Below, piece by piece: positions 1 to 14,579 of a stretch of DNA of 64,000 nt. Below the pieces are notes generated by a model. The model was given only the letters and a program-made list of their open reading frames with translations, searched no databases and was not told the origin of the DNA. A program made the position numbers and the translations under genes. Numbering within the stretch: the first letter of the stretch is position 1; the number at the start of each line of letters is the position of its first letter. This stretch comes from Eledone cirrhosa (taxonomy: Eukaryota): positions 17,050,001 to 17,114,000 of the forward strand of contig OZ024742.1 in assembly GCA_964016885.1 (NCBI GenBank), given 5' to 3'.

Positions 1-54
1 GATAATAGCAGAGTCTAGAAGTAACTAGAAGATAATAGCAGAGTCTAGAAGTAA
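1..54. repeat. 30-bp tandem repeat (gataatagcagagtctagaagtaactagaa), cut off by the window start
   Basis: Positions 1-24 recur at 31-54. Confidence 0.8.
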
Positions 55-241
55 GATGTGACAGGAAATGATTGGGACTAGACAAAACCCTCAAGATTCA
101 AACACCGATTTCTAGTTAATTCACTACAACGAGCTTTTAACTTAGAAATCCTAATATATTAAATATAATTTAATTTATACAATATATTTGACAGATTGAT
201 GTAAGATAGCTAGATAACTAGATAGGTATATATATATACAT

Positions 242-303
<62 letters not shown>

Positions 304-307
<4 letters not shown>

Positions 308-491
308 CGAAGGAGTTGTGGTAAGGAACCAGATAGACCATAACGCACCAGAGTACTCAATACTTAGGGTAGTAGAGTGGGTAATAGGAAAATGTATGAT
401 CCCGACGGCATCTCAAGCCGGCTATTCCGACGGATATTTCTGGGCTAGTCCAGAAACAGCCGTCGAAAGGGCTTGAGCTCTGCCGTCGGCA
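304..491 (+). mobile_element. Short (TA)n-embedded dispersed repeat with terminal hairpin (family also at 23529-23964 and 31288-31411)
   Basis: ataacgaagga..gtggtaaggaacca..gaccataacgcacca.agtactcaatactt..ggtagtagagtgggtaatagga is shared with 23741-23827. There is an imperfect palindrome at 402-489 and (TA)n on both sides. Confidence 0.7.
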
Positions 492-603
492 CACACACAT
501 ATATATATAATACATATACATATATATACATATATATATATACACACACACACATATATAATACATATATATATGTATATTTATATATATATATATATAC
601 ATA

Positions 604-676
<73 letters not shown>

Positions 677-779
677 TCAAGTTATCAATAATGTAGTGAT
701 AATATATCGTCACGTTTGAGATGAACAGCGTACGTGTAGGTTTGCTCAACGAGTATAAATTATATTCTGGAGAAAATGT

Positions 780-1332
<553 letters not shown>

Positions 1333-1634
1333 TATTAAGAGAGGTAGAGGGAAACGGAGATATAGATATATATACGTATAAGCAGACCAGGCAGACAGAC
1401 GGTGGGGCTCCAATAAAGATAGGTCGATATTCACATAATCCAATAGAATTTGTATATTTATGATTCTCTCAATATTATATGAGACATCTCAATTAAAAGT
1501 TGTAGTTGGTTGACATGTCAGTTTTACAGAGATATATGGAGTTACCGTAGTAGGATAATTGGTATTATATGAATGGAATCCTTGATAGATATAATTGATA
1601 TGTTACTCATAACCACAACATTGGTGCCCGTGGC

Positions 1635-1790
1635 CCTACCACCACTTCCTACTCACCACCATCGGCACGGAGTTGGCTACACACAGGTGTGAGTCTCGCG
1701 AGCTGGAATGGCTCTACCAACCCGTCTCCCTCACTATCCTCCGGGGTAACGCCTTCTCTACTCTGTCCGCCGGTCTTGCTGGGTGGCCAG
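1635..1790 (+). mobile_element. 3' fragment of a CRE-clade (RLE endonuclease) non-LTR retrotransposon
   Basis: Translates to ...RELEWLYQPVSLTILRGNAFSTLSAG, matching the QRxSxAxxRGNA C-terminal motif. Homologous to 39905-40065 (-) and 41660-41730 (-). Confidence 0.6.
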
Positions 1791-1999
1791 CGTGTGTCCT
1801 CCCCCCTCCCCCCATTTGCTTATAACAGTGAGAGATGGAGAGAGCACGCGAAACGGAGGCAGTGAGTCAAACATTATATTATGAAGAAAATAATGTTTAT
1901 TACAGTTGTTTAAATTTCCGTAGAGAGGCTTATAAACTATTATTTTATCTATATTAAGTTTAATTAAAATGTTTTAATAAATACCACAACTGAATGAGA

Positions 2000-2128
2000 T
2001 GTTTTTTGTGGTTTGAACGTCTGTCGTTTAGACGACGAGTGTGCCAGTTGTTTTATCAAAGGACAAGCGACCTGTCCTTGAAATTCAGGCAATGCGCTGA
2101 CAGGAATCGAACCCTGAACCTGTACTAC
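2000..2128 (-). mobile_element. Degenerate tRNA-derived SINE-like fragment (different family)
   Basis: The minus strand reads ..cagGGTTCGATTCCtgtcagcgca (B-box/T-arm). No full cloverleaf is visible. Confidence 0.35.
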
Positions 2129-2769
2129 GACCTGCGCCTTCTCATGAAATGTTTAAAATATAACTAATAAACACAATACTTCTCAATAACTTCTCGCCTC
2201 ATATCTCTCTCTCACTCCTCTTTCTCTTTCTCTTTCTCTCTCTCACTCCTCTTTCTCTCTCTCTCTTTCTCTCTCTCTCTCTGTCTATTTCGCTTTCTCT
2301 CTCAGTCTCTCTCTGCCCCCCCCTCTCTTACCCTCTTTCTCTCTTTCTCTTTCTCTCACTCCAGTAAGAATCAATAGGTCAATAACTTTTCGATTTAAAC
2401 AACCACACACATCCAAGTATACAGATAAATACATCTATGTATATATTGATGTATCGTGATGAAAAGGGACGGGGAGAAAACGGAAGATAATAACAAAAGA
2501 AGAAAAAAAGGAAACAAATATTGGAATTCTAATAATGATCACAATAGCATAAATATAAGTTTCTAAGTTAACATCTGGTGTCAAGAAGTGGAATGACAAT
2601 TATACAACAGGTACATTGATATATATAAACACATTGAGAGATGTGAAATTGCATAGGTAACTAGGTGATGTCCTGGTGTTTCTCCAGCGCAAGGCGCATG
2701 CAATAGTCCACTGCGATGATAAAAAGCTAGGGAGCCAATGTATCTCCCTGGAACACTCCAGCCAATATC

Positions 2770-3240
2770 TCAAAATGGTCGTTGCTACAGTGGAGTATGT
2801 GCTGTTGTACGGGTCTGAGACTTGGACACTGACCAAGAAACTCACTCAGATGGTAGATGGGTGCTACACGAGAATGCTGAGGATGGCTCTGAACATTAAT
2901 CAGTATACACTGAGGATGAAGAACTCAGAGCTGTATGGGAACATCCCAAAAGTCAGCTCGAGAGTAGGACAGCGGAGACTGTGGTTAGCTGGACATGCTC
3001 ACCGACATCCAGAGTTGACACTGCACTCAGTGCTCCTGTGGGAGCCCCTGGACGGACACACTAGAAGAGGGAGATCGAGGTTGGCGTATGTTAATACCCT
3101 AAGGACAGACACCGGTCTTTTGGAGACGCAGGACATGGGAGCGATGATGGGGGACAGCGACTGCTGGAGAGAACTCATCCATGGATCTCGGGAATTTTAC
3201 CCACCCTAGATAGATAGATAGATATGCGATGATGATGATG
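2770..3240 (+). mobile_element. 5'-truncated RTE-clade LINE (RT C-terminus plus 3' microsatellite tail)
   Basis: The ORF has LLYGSETWTL..DGCYTRMLRMALNI..RRLWLAGH..W..G..RRGR, typical of RTE ORF2 ends, followed by (TAGA)n(GAT)n. Confidence 0.85.
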
Positions 3241-3962
3241 TTGACAACTTACATTTCTGAAAGAAAATTAATTAAAAAATGACTACACTGTCTCAGTGTG
3301 AGTGTGTCTGTGAAACATACATATACACCAGGTCCGAACACAAAGGAGCCAAACTCCCACTGTCACTGCCTCTGTCTCTCCGGCTCTCCCAATCTCTCAT
3401 ATACACCATGTCCAAACACAAAGGAACCAAACTCCAACTGTCACAGCCTCCGTCTCTCTCGCTGTCCCCATCTCTTTTTTGAAGTTCACAGTAATATAAA
3501 TAACATTATAAATAAAGAAGCGAATATAATAGATGTTGCGTATATTTAGGTGGCTAAGATGGCTATTTACCGATATATTGCTATATATACACACGTGTGT
3601 ATGTGTGTGTATGTGTTCGAGCTGGACATCCCCTATTTCATTTATTCAGACAAGGAACACCCTATTCCAGAAATTAACGTGCAGGTGGCTAAGCATTCCA
3701 CAGACACATGTACTCCTAAATTTGTTCTCAGGAAGATTCAGCATGTCACAATATCTGAAGAGGCTGCCCCTTTATATTACAAGTATAACTTTTTTCCAGT
3801 TCAATGGACCAGAGCAACGTGAAATGACTTGCCCAAACGCACACCACCTTACGAACACTGTAATCACTAACCCACACGCTTTGACACACACTACGCACAC
3901 CCACACATAAATACTCACACAAACATATACACACAAACATACGCACACACAATATATATATA

Positions 3963-4181
3963 TATTAATAAAAGGAATTCCAACTTTGTCTGATTTACTC
4001 GTTTTATTTACAATCCTTTAAAATGTATAATGGTATTAGAATGAAATAGTATGGTAGAATATTAAATTTTAAGTGTTAATTTCATTTTAAGTGTTAATTT
4101 CATTCTAATACCATTATACATTTTAAATGATTGTAAATAAAACGAGTAAATCAGACAAAGTTGGAATTCCTTTTATTAATA
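3963..4181. repeat. Fold-back inverted repeat (~85-bp arms) next to (TA)n
   Basis: 3963-4047 is the near-perfect reverse complement of 4097-4181. Confidence 0.85.
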
Positions 4182-4210
4182 TAATCTTCTATACACAATC
4201 ATACACACCC

Positions 4211-4314
<104 letters not shown>

Positions 4315-4659
4315 TTATTGATTTATATATTTTTGAAACACCTATTTTTGTGTACATAAATTATATTAGTTCTGGTCTTCAAATAGATTTCTCATTGGCA
4401 GAAATATTCTCTTCAAATTCTGGCAACTTATCAAACCAATTCTATTTAAGTAAGTTACGTTTTAAATATTATTTCAACTATTTAGAATATTTAGGCATTT
4501 TTTCAGTTTTATAATATTTTTAATACTGTGTTATCGTTTCGATTCTGTATTTTCATTTTCAAAAAAATTCCCTCGAATTATTATAACACTTCTGCTAATA
4601 ATATATATATATATATTAGATTTATTGTATCTATTTTTCTTCATTATTTTACATTCAGC

Positions 4660-4770
4660 AAATCCGGCCGAGGTTAACTTTGCCTTTCATCCTTACGGGG
4701 TCGATAAAATAAAGTACCAGTAATGTACTGGGTATTTGCTGGCTTTGTGCCAAAAGTAGAAACAATTATT
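4660..4770 (+). mobile_element. 5'-truncated Nin-domain SINE
   Basis: Contains gcctttcatccttacggggtcgataaaataaagtaccag. Flanked by the target-site duplication (TSD) attattttacattcagcaa. Confidence 0.85.
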
Positions 4771-5886
4771 TTACATTCAGCAACAGAGAAAAATTAATTC
4801 AACTAATGCTGTAACATACTTTTTGTATTAATTCAACTAATGCTGTAACATACTTTCTATATTAATTGATATTAATACTATTGTTTTAATTATCTGAGAA
4901 ATCAATTTTCTTACACGTGTAAGTAAATCTGTTTTCATATTACTCTTCCGCCGTTTTATCTGATTCAGCTTTTTATTTTGTCGTCGTTTGTCCTCCAGTT
5001 AATACGAGTTAAAATTTAATTTTGTAAAGTATACGTTTTCAATAATTTTTTATTTTCGGAGAACAACACTTTTTTAATGGCTGTCATCTCATAAACACAA
5101 TTATTTACATTGTGCGTCGAGGTTTATTAATATATACTTGTTTTCGTTTTCTTAGTAACGAGATAATACCATGACACAACACTAGCAAAGCCTACATTCT
5201 TGGAAGCCAAATGATGTCAGCTGAAGTCCAGAGATTGAATGGTTTAGGGTGCGGTCTTGAAAATAATATACGGACTTTCTGAGACCAGCACCACAATTAA
5301 AGGTAGACACACACACCACATACACGAAGGTTTCTTTATTTCACATAATAAACAAGAAAAAAGGAAATAAGTTAAATTATATAAAAAGAGGAAGCAGCAC
5401 GGAAGTAGAGAGAGTGAGATTCTATGCTCGTGGCTAGGTTGTATAACTCAGCTGCGCACCGCAAATAAAATGTCGAAAACATTTCCGACCACACCCAGCT
5501 CATTTTGTGTAGAATTGTATACATTGATTACAATTGCTGTTAAAATAGAGCAGTGTATGAAAGAAGGTAGATAATAATAAACTGACCAGATTAAATTAAG
5601 TTAAGCAAAACTGAAAAGTGTTATTGTGTATTCTCTCTATATACAGAAATTAGTGCTCCCATCAAAATCATTTCGATACATTAGCATTGCTTCTCTGTTT
5701 CTGTTTTACTTACATTACACTGTGTGGTAGTAAGACTTATAAAATGCCCCCTGGACGACAACACATCTAATGAACTAATCACAAAACACTATCTCGATAA
5801 TTTCACTCAGCTATTGTAGAGTAACTCCTTAATTGTACATAAACACATATGCAAACACACGCACACACACACATATATATATATAT

Positions 5887-6887
<1,001 letters not shown>

Positions 6888-6890
<3 letters not shown>

Positions 6891-6926
6891 AGCAGAAAAC
6901 CACCCACCGGGTGGTTTTCTGCTAGT
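6888..6926. repeat. Palindromic element junction actagcagaaaaccaccc-acc-gggtggttttctgctagt
   Basis: Near-perfect palindrome with variants at 8505-8543 and 11761-11799. Confidence 0.8.
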
Positions 6927-6929
6927 ATA

Positions 6930-7015
6930 TATATATATTACACACACAGAAATGTAGATATATTTCTGTGTGTATATATATATATATTACACACACAGAA
7001 ATGTATATATATTTC

Positions 7016-7048
<33 letters not shown>

Positions 7049-7156
7049 TACACACACAGAAATGTATATATATTTCTGTGTGTATATATATATATATTTC
7101 TGTGTGTGTATATATATATATATTACACACACACAGAAATGTATATATGTTTCTGT
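6930..7156. repeat. Hairpin-unit minisatellite (acacacagaaat-gtatatat-atttctgtgtgt plus TA spacer)
   Basis: About 4 self-complementary units. The same array occurs at 9497-9810. Confidence 0.8.
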
Positions 7157-7286
7157 AGCACTCCTCAATTCCCCCTCTCTCCCTCCCGATATCCCCCTCT
7201 TGTAGACTGTCTCTTTCTTTCACTCTCACTCTCTATCTACGCGTGCGCAAAAAACATTCGCACGCGCGCACGTGTTTTAGCGTCTA

Positions 7287-7343
<57 letters not shown>

Positions 7344-7547
7344 CCTCTATCCCCCTCTCGTAGTCTGTCTCTTTCTTTCACTATCACTCTCTCTCTACGC
7401 GTGCGCAAAAAACATTCGCACGCGCGCACGTGTTTCCGCTGTCGGACAGACAGACAGAGAAATTGCTGGTTATATATTATAAGGAGATTACATATACAAA
7501 TGTAACTATGTATATCATCATCATCATCCCCATTATATATATATATA

Positions 7548-8505
7548 ATAAGGGCTGAAGCCGAAAAAAATTTTGTTTGGCAGCTCTAATTGCGCCTTAA
7601 TTTTATTCAAAAAATTGTATACTAACATATTCGAATACCAGGCACTATTGGAATCAACAACAGCAGCGTCCTGAGGGTCATTACAAAACACAAATTCGCG
7701 AGAATTAGTGTTTAAGGCTTGGAAGGTGGTAAAAAAATCCACAAAATCTTCCATTCTTTAAAAAAAAAAATTATTTTTAATAATATTTAAATAACTGGCG
7801 TTTAGAAAAAAAATATTCCTATGAAATTTGAATCATACCATTAGGTGTGAATAAGGAAATATTTTTTTATTGTCAAAACAAATGTTCAAAAGTTAAACTT
7901 CAATTTTTTGAATTATTTCCAATTTTTTCATGAAATTGTGCACTGGACATTGGCTGCTGGAAATGGAAATTAAATCGTATTTAATTGTATTTAAATTTCT
8001 AACCTTATTTTATTATTTATATTTTTTCAATAAGAAATAAAAAAAAAACAACCAAAAAAATTGAAGAAAAAATTGAACAAATCAAACGTAGGTTATGGAA
8101 CTGCGCAATCTGATTAATAAATTACCTCATCAGCAGCAACCTTCTTCAAATGGTCCTTATTATCAGCAGCAACAACCACAAATTCAATGGCAACCTTCTT
8201 CGCATGGTGTCAAGTCAGAACCGCCTCGAACTGGTTACTTCTGGCTTGTGCAAGGTGTCTCTATAGCAACCAGCGATTCCCTCGGCCTCAGTGACCAAAG
8301 TCAGTGGAGAGGGGAAGGTAATGTTTCTGTAGCACGTGTTTTAGCGTCTATTCACTCTCTCTCTCTCTCCCTCCCTCCCTCTCTCCCTCCCGCTATCCCC
8401 CTCTCGTAGTCTGTCTCTTTCTTTCACTCTCACTCTCTCTCAACGCACGTGTTTCCACTGTCGGACAGACAGACAGAGAAATTGCTGGTTATATATATAA
8501 GTAGA
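7548..8505. repeat. Copy A of a ~1-kb duplicated segment (copy B ~10758-11760)
   Basis: Near-identical sequence from gccgaaaaaaattttgtttggcagc through the Q-rich segment and the (CT)n/cagacagacagagaaattgctggtt end. Confidence 0.85.
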
Positions 8506-8815
8506 CTAGCAGAAAACCAGCCGGTGGGCGGTTTTCTGCTAGCAAATCTAGTGTATATACTGATATTGTTGAGATTTGGATGAGAAGTGTTTTCGGCACC
8601 ACATGTTCACCGTCTCTCGGTATGTCTTTTATGCATGTATAAATATATATGTCATCTATACGGTGAAATCTTTGAAATAAATATATGTTAAAACGGAAAA
8701 GGAGAAAAAGAGATTAGTGACGGAAATATAAACGTTATGATACATAAACGTTATGATATAACGATGGAAATATATAAACGTTTACGATAAAACGATGGAA
8801 ATAGAAACGTTTATG

Positions 8816-9017
8816 TATAATTGTTTCTACTTATAGGCACAAGGCTAGCAATTACCCAGTGCATTACTGGTACTTTATTTTATCGACCCCGTAAGGATGA
8901 AAGGCAAAGTCAACCTCGGCGTGATCTGAACTCAGATCGTAAAGGGACGTAACTATGCTGGAAAGCATGGCGTCCGTCCCTCTATCGATACTGCCAATCC
9001 ACCGCCCCAATCCACCG
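8816..9017 (-). mobile_element. Full-length Nin-domain tRNA-derived SINE with a short 5' duplication
   Basis: A-box head, B-box-like gagttcagatc and Nin core. TSD gaaacgtttat(g/a)tataat. ccaatccaccg is duplicated at the 5' end. Confidence 0.9.
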
Positions 9018-9496
9018 AAACGTTTATATATAATGATAAGCCGAAACACTCTCTAAGCCGAAACACTCGTAAGTCGAAACACTCGTAAAGCGAAACGTAT
9101 AAATAAAGATTAATGTAATGAATTTAAAAAGCATAAAGATTTGAAACCGCGTCTATTTGTTTGCTTGGCATTTTTTACAGACGGACTGACAGACAAACAA
9201 ACAGGGAAATGCCCATTATATATTAAGTAGACTTGGCATGGTGTCAAGTCAGAACCGCTTCGAACTGGTTACTTCTGGCTTGTGCAAGGTGTCTCTATAG
9301 CAACCAGCGATTCCCTCAGCCTCAGTGACCAAAGTCAGTGGAGAGGGGAAGGTAATGTTTCTATAGCGACAGTGTTTCTCTTGGTAGTACCAAAGTGGAG
9401 AAAGGAAGGGGAAGGTAATATTTCTGTAGCACCTACATTTGAGCTTTAGGGAAGGACAGACAGACAGACAGACAGACAAACAGAGAAATGCCCATA

Positions 9497-9553
9497 TATT
9501 TCTGTGTGTGTATATATATATATATTACACACACAGAAATGTATATATATTTC

Positions 9554-9590
<37 letters not shown>

Positions 9591-9810
9591 TACACACACA
9601 GAAATGTATATATATTTCTGTGTGTATATATATATATATTAAACACACAGAAATGTACATATATTTCTGTGTGTATATATATATATTTCTGTGTGTATAT
9701 ATATATATTTCTGTGTGTGTATATATATATATATTACACACAAAGAAATGTATATATATTTCTGTGTGTATATATATATATTACACACACAGAAATGTAT
9801 ATATATTTCT
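9497..9810. repeat. Hairpin-unit minisatellite (second array)
   Basis: Same unit as 6930-7156, about 6 copies. Confidence 0.8.
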
Positions 9811-9929
9811 TAGAACAAAATTATTATTAATGTTTTGCTGTTCATAACAATTGGAATTGAAAAATTACTTTTGAAATTATTAGTTATTTTACTAATGCTT
9901 AGATATGTAAAAATGAAGCAATGTTTCTA

Positions 9930-10121
9930 ATAATTGTTTCTACTTTTGGCACAAGGCCAGCAATTAACCAGTACATTACTGGTACTTTATTTTATCGACC
10001 CCGTGAGGATGAAAGGCAAAGTTAACCTCGGCGGTATTTGAACTCAGACCGTAAAGGGACGTAACTCCATGCTATGAAGCATGGTGTCCGACTCTCTACA
10101 GATTCTGCCAATCTACCGCCC
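9930..10121 (-). mobile_element. Full-length Nin-domain SINE
   Basis: Reverse complement of the SINE consensus from gggcggtagattggcag to agaaacaattatt. Confidence 0.9.
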
Positions 10122-10394
10122 TAATGTCTGTACGTAATGAGGGAGTGAGAGGGGAGAGAAAGAAAGGCAGAGGTGAAGTGACGAAGTGACTCTCTCCTCC
10201 TCCATCTCCCCATTCGTCACAGCGATAGAGGGGAGGAATGTTAGTGTGTTACAAAGAGAAAGAGTGAGAGTGAGAGAAACAGACAGACTAAAAGAGAGGG
10301 ATAGCTGGAGAGAGAGAGAGATAGCAACCACGCGCGCACGTGTTTCCACTGTCGGACAGACAGACAGAGAAATTGCTGGTTATATATTATAAGG

Positions 10395-10962
10395 AGATTA
10401 GAATTTAGAACCCATATCAAAGAATATAAAATTGCAAAAAGACCACAATCAGTTCCATTAGTCTGCTGCTGTACATTTAGAACCCTAAACGTAAAAATGA
10501 AATTTTGGGTCGAGGAAAAAGTTTTGAATCCATTCAGAATTCCAATTTTTTTCTCTGTAGCCCTGTGTCCATCATCATGGTAATATTTAATCCGATCAAA
10601 AAAGTCAAAATTTTTGAAGTGATGACCCGAATCTGCCAGCTCAAGCACAGGTAATGAGTCTGCATAACCAAACTTGAAAGTCAAGAAATGGTGACTGTCG
10701 CAAATAACGCCAACAGAGGCAGACTCATTAAAGCCAATAGAATTTTCCCAAAAATAATATGGGCCGAAGCCGAAAAAAATTTTGTTTGGCAGCTCTAATT
10801 GCGCCTTAATTTTATTCAAAAAATTGTATACTAACATATTCGAATACCAGGCACTATTGGAATCAACAATAGCAGCGTCCTGAGGGTCATTACAAACACA
10901 AATTCGCGAGAATTAGTGTTTAAGGCTTGGAAGGTGGTAAAAAAATCCACAAAATCTTCCAT
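10395..10962 (-). pseudogene. Ulp1/SENP-like (C48, clan CE) cysteine protease, intronless, frameshifted and 3'-truncated
   Basis: WYSNMLVYNFL (cf. WLNDEVINFY), HFLTF (His), LADS (Asp) and QQTNGTDCGLF (Gln/Cys) occur in the correct order. There is a 1-bp deletion near 10896 relative to copy A, whose ORF 7533-7754 gives the in-frame N-terminus. Confidence 0.7.
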
Positions 10963-11799
10963 TCTTTTTTTTTTTAAATTTATTTTTAATAATATTTAAA
11001 TAACTGGCGGTTAGAAAAAAATATTCCTATGAAATTTTAATCATACCATTAGGTGTGAATAAGGAAATATTTTTTTATTGTCAAAACAAATGTTCAAAAG
11101 TTAAACTTCAATTTTTTGAATTATTTCCCATTTTTTCATGAAATTGAACACTGGACATTGGCTGCTGGAAATGGAAATTAAATCGTATTTAATTGTATTT
11201 AAATTTCTAACCTTATTTTATTATTTATATTTTTTCAATAAGAAATTTAAAAAAAACAACCAAAAAAATTGAAGAAAAAAATTGAACAAATCAAACGTAG
11301 GTTATGGAACTGCGCAATCTGATTAATAAATTACCTCATCAGCAGCAACCTTCTTCAAATGTTCCTTATTATCAGCAGCAACAACCACAAATTCAATGGC
11401 AACCTTCTTCAAATGGTCCTTATTATCAGCAGCCACAACCATAAATTCAATGGCAAACTTCTTTGCATGGTGTCAAGTCAGAACCGCCTAGAACTGGTTA
11501 CTTCTGGCTTTGCAAGGTGTCTCTATAGCAACCAGCGATTCCCTCGGCATCACTGACCAAAGTCAGTGGAGAGGGGAAGGTAATATTTCTGTAGCACGTG
11601 TTTTAGCGTCTATTCACTCTCTCTCTCTCTCCCTTTCTCCCTCCCGCTATCCCCCTCTCGTAGTATGTCTCTTTCTTTCACTATCACTCTCTCTCTCTAC
11701 GCACGTGTTTCCACTGTCGGACAGACAGACAGAGAAATTGCTGGTTATATATATAAGTAGACTAGCAGAAAACCACCCGTGGGGCTGGTTTTCTGGTAG

Positions 11800-12100
11800 T
11801 CTATATATCTAAAACTGAAAATGTCTGTCTGTCTGTCAGCTCACTAAAACTTGAAAACCATCCAACCGATTGTTTTCAAACGTTAGACATGTAATACTTA
11901 TGGTCCTGTGAGTGTTTTGAGCAAAGATTATTTCAAATTTTCAAAGCCCTAGGGACCGCATTAGGCGATTTAGCGTTCTCTCTATATAATTCTTAGTCTT
12001 TCTTTTTAGATAGATAAATAGATATAACGTTGCGCCCTCATAATATCTGTCTGTATGTCTGGCTGTCTGCATTACGTCATTATGACGCGCTCAGTGTGTG
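11800..12100 (-). mobile_element. Partial inverted copy of the Helitron-like element at 5987-6890
   Basis: Reverse-complement similarity to 6600-6890 (e.g. ccctagggaccgcattaggcgatttagcg vs cgctaaatcgccgaatgcggtccctaagg). Confidence 0.65.
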
Positions 12101-12289
12101 TGTGTATATATATATGTATCGTAATACAGACAGCAAGACATAGCTTTCCTTCCCCTCTTCCAGCGTCTCTCTCTCTCTCCCTCCCGCTATCCCCCTCTTG
12201 TACTCTGTCTCTTTCTTTCACTCTCACTCTCTCTCTACGTGTCGGACAGTCAGACAGAGAAATTGGTGGTTATATAATATAAGGAGATA

Positions 12290-13406
<1,117 letters not shown>

Positions 13407-13461
13407 CGGCGATGAATTAGTTTTGCGAGGTTGTGATATGAAATCGTGTATCGAAACAAAT

Positions 13462-14074
<613 letters not shown>

Positions 14075-14579
14075 TTCTGTTTCTATTGTTTATATAACTT
14101 CCATTGTTGAGATCTAGGGCGCCAGTAGTGTGTTTTGTTCTAATGAGGGAATTTGACTATCTTCCTCTTTAGAAGGTCAAGTGATGCTGCCTCCAAGTCA
14201 AGCTATAACTACTGCTATAGTAGAGATAAGTTCGGTTCTGTTGGTATCATGAACATATTCCACCACTGGAATTTACGACCAAACTCCGTTGATAATTCGC
14301 CCCATCGGCCCGGACTAGGTATAACTTGGTTTTTGTGCGCGGTCTCTTGCTAATGCATCAACTACTCAGAGGATGTTGTAATGAAACTGTACAATTCGTG
14401 GCCTCTTTTGTGGTCCCACACAAATCTGTTTATCGACTATTTAACGTATTGTGTCCACTCTCATATGTAAATTCGTATTGACCATACGATTTTTGTACAG
14501 TCATGGAGTGAGTGGAAGACGGCGATCAAAGACGAAATTCTATTGTCTTGCTCGTTATAATAATTGTATATATATATAT

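Noticed and set aside
3755-3830. CTGAAGA...GAAA at 3755, and similar cores at 19374, 19801, 26555, 29019 and 32120, as hammerheads
   Set aside because: I could not build convincing stems I-III.
5465-5510. Possible decayed hammerhead on the minus strand (..aaaatgagctgggtgtggtcggaaatgttttcgaca)
   Set aside because: The CUGA core is missing, so it is too degenerate to support.
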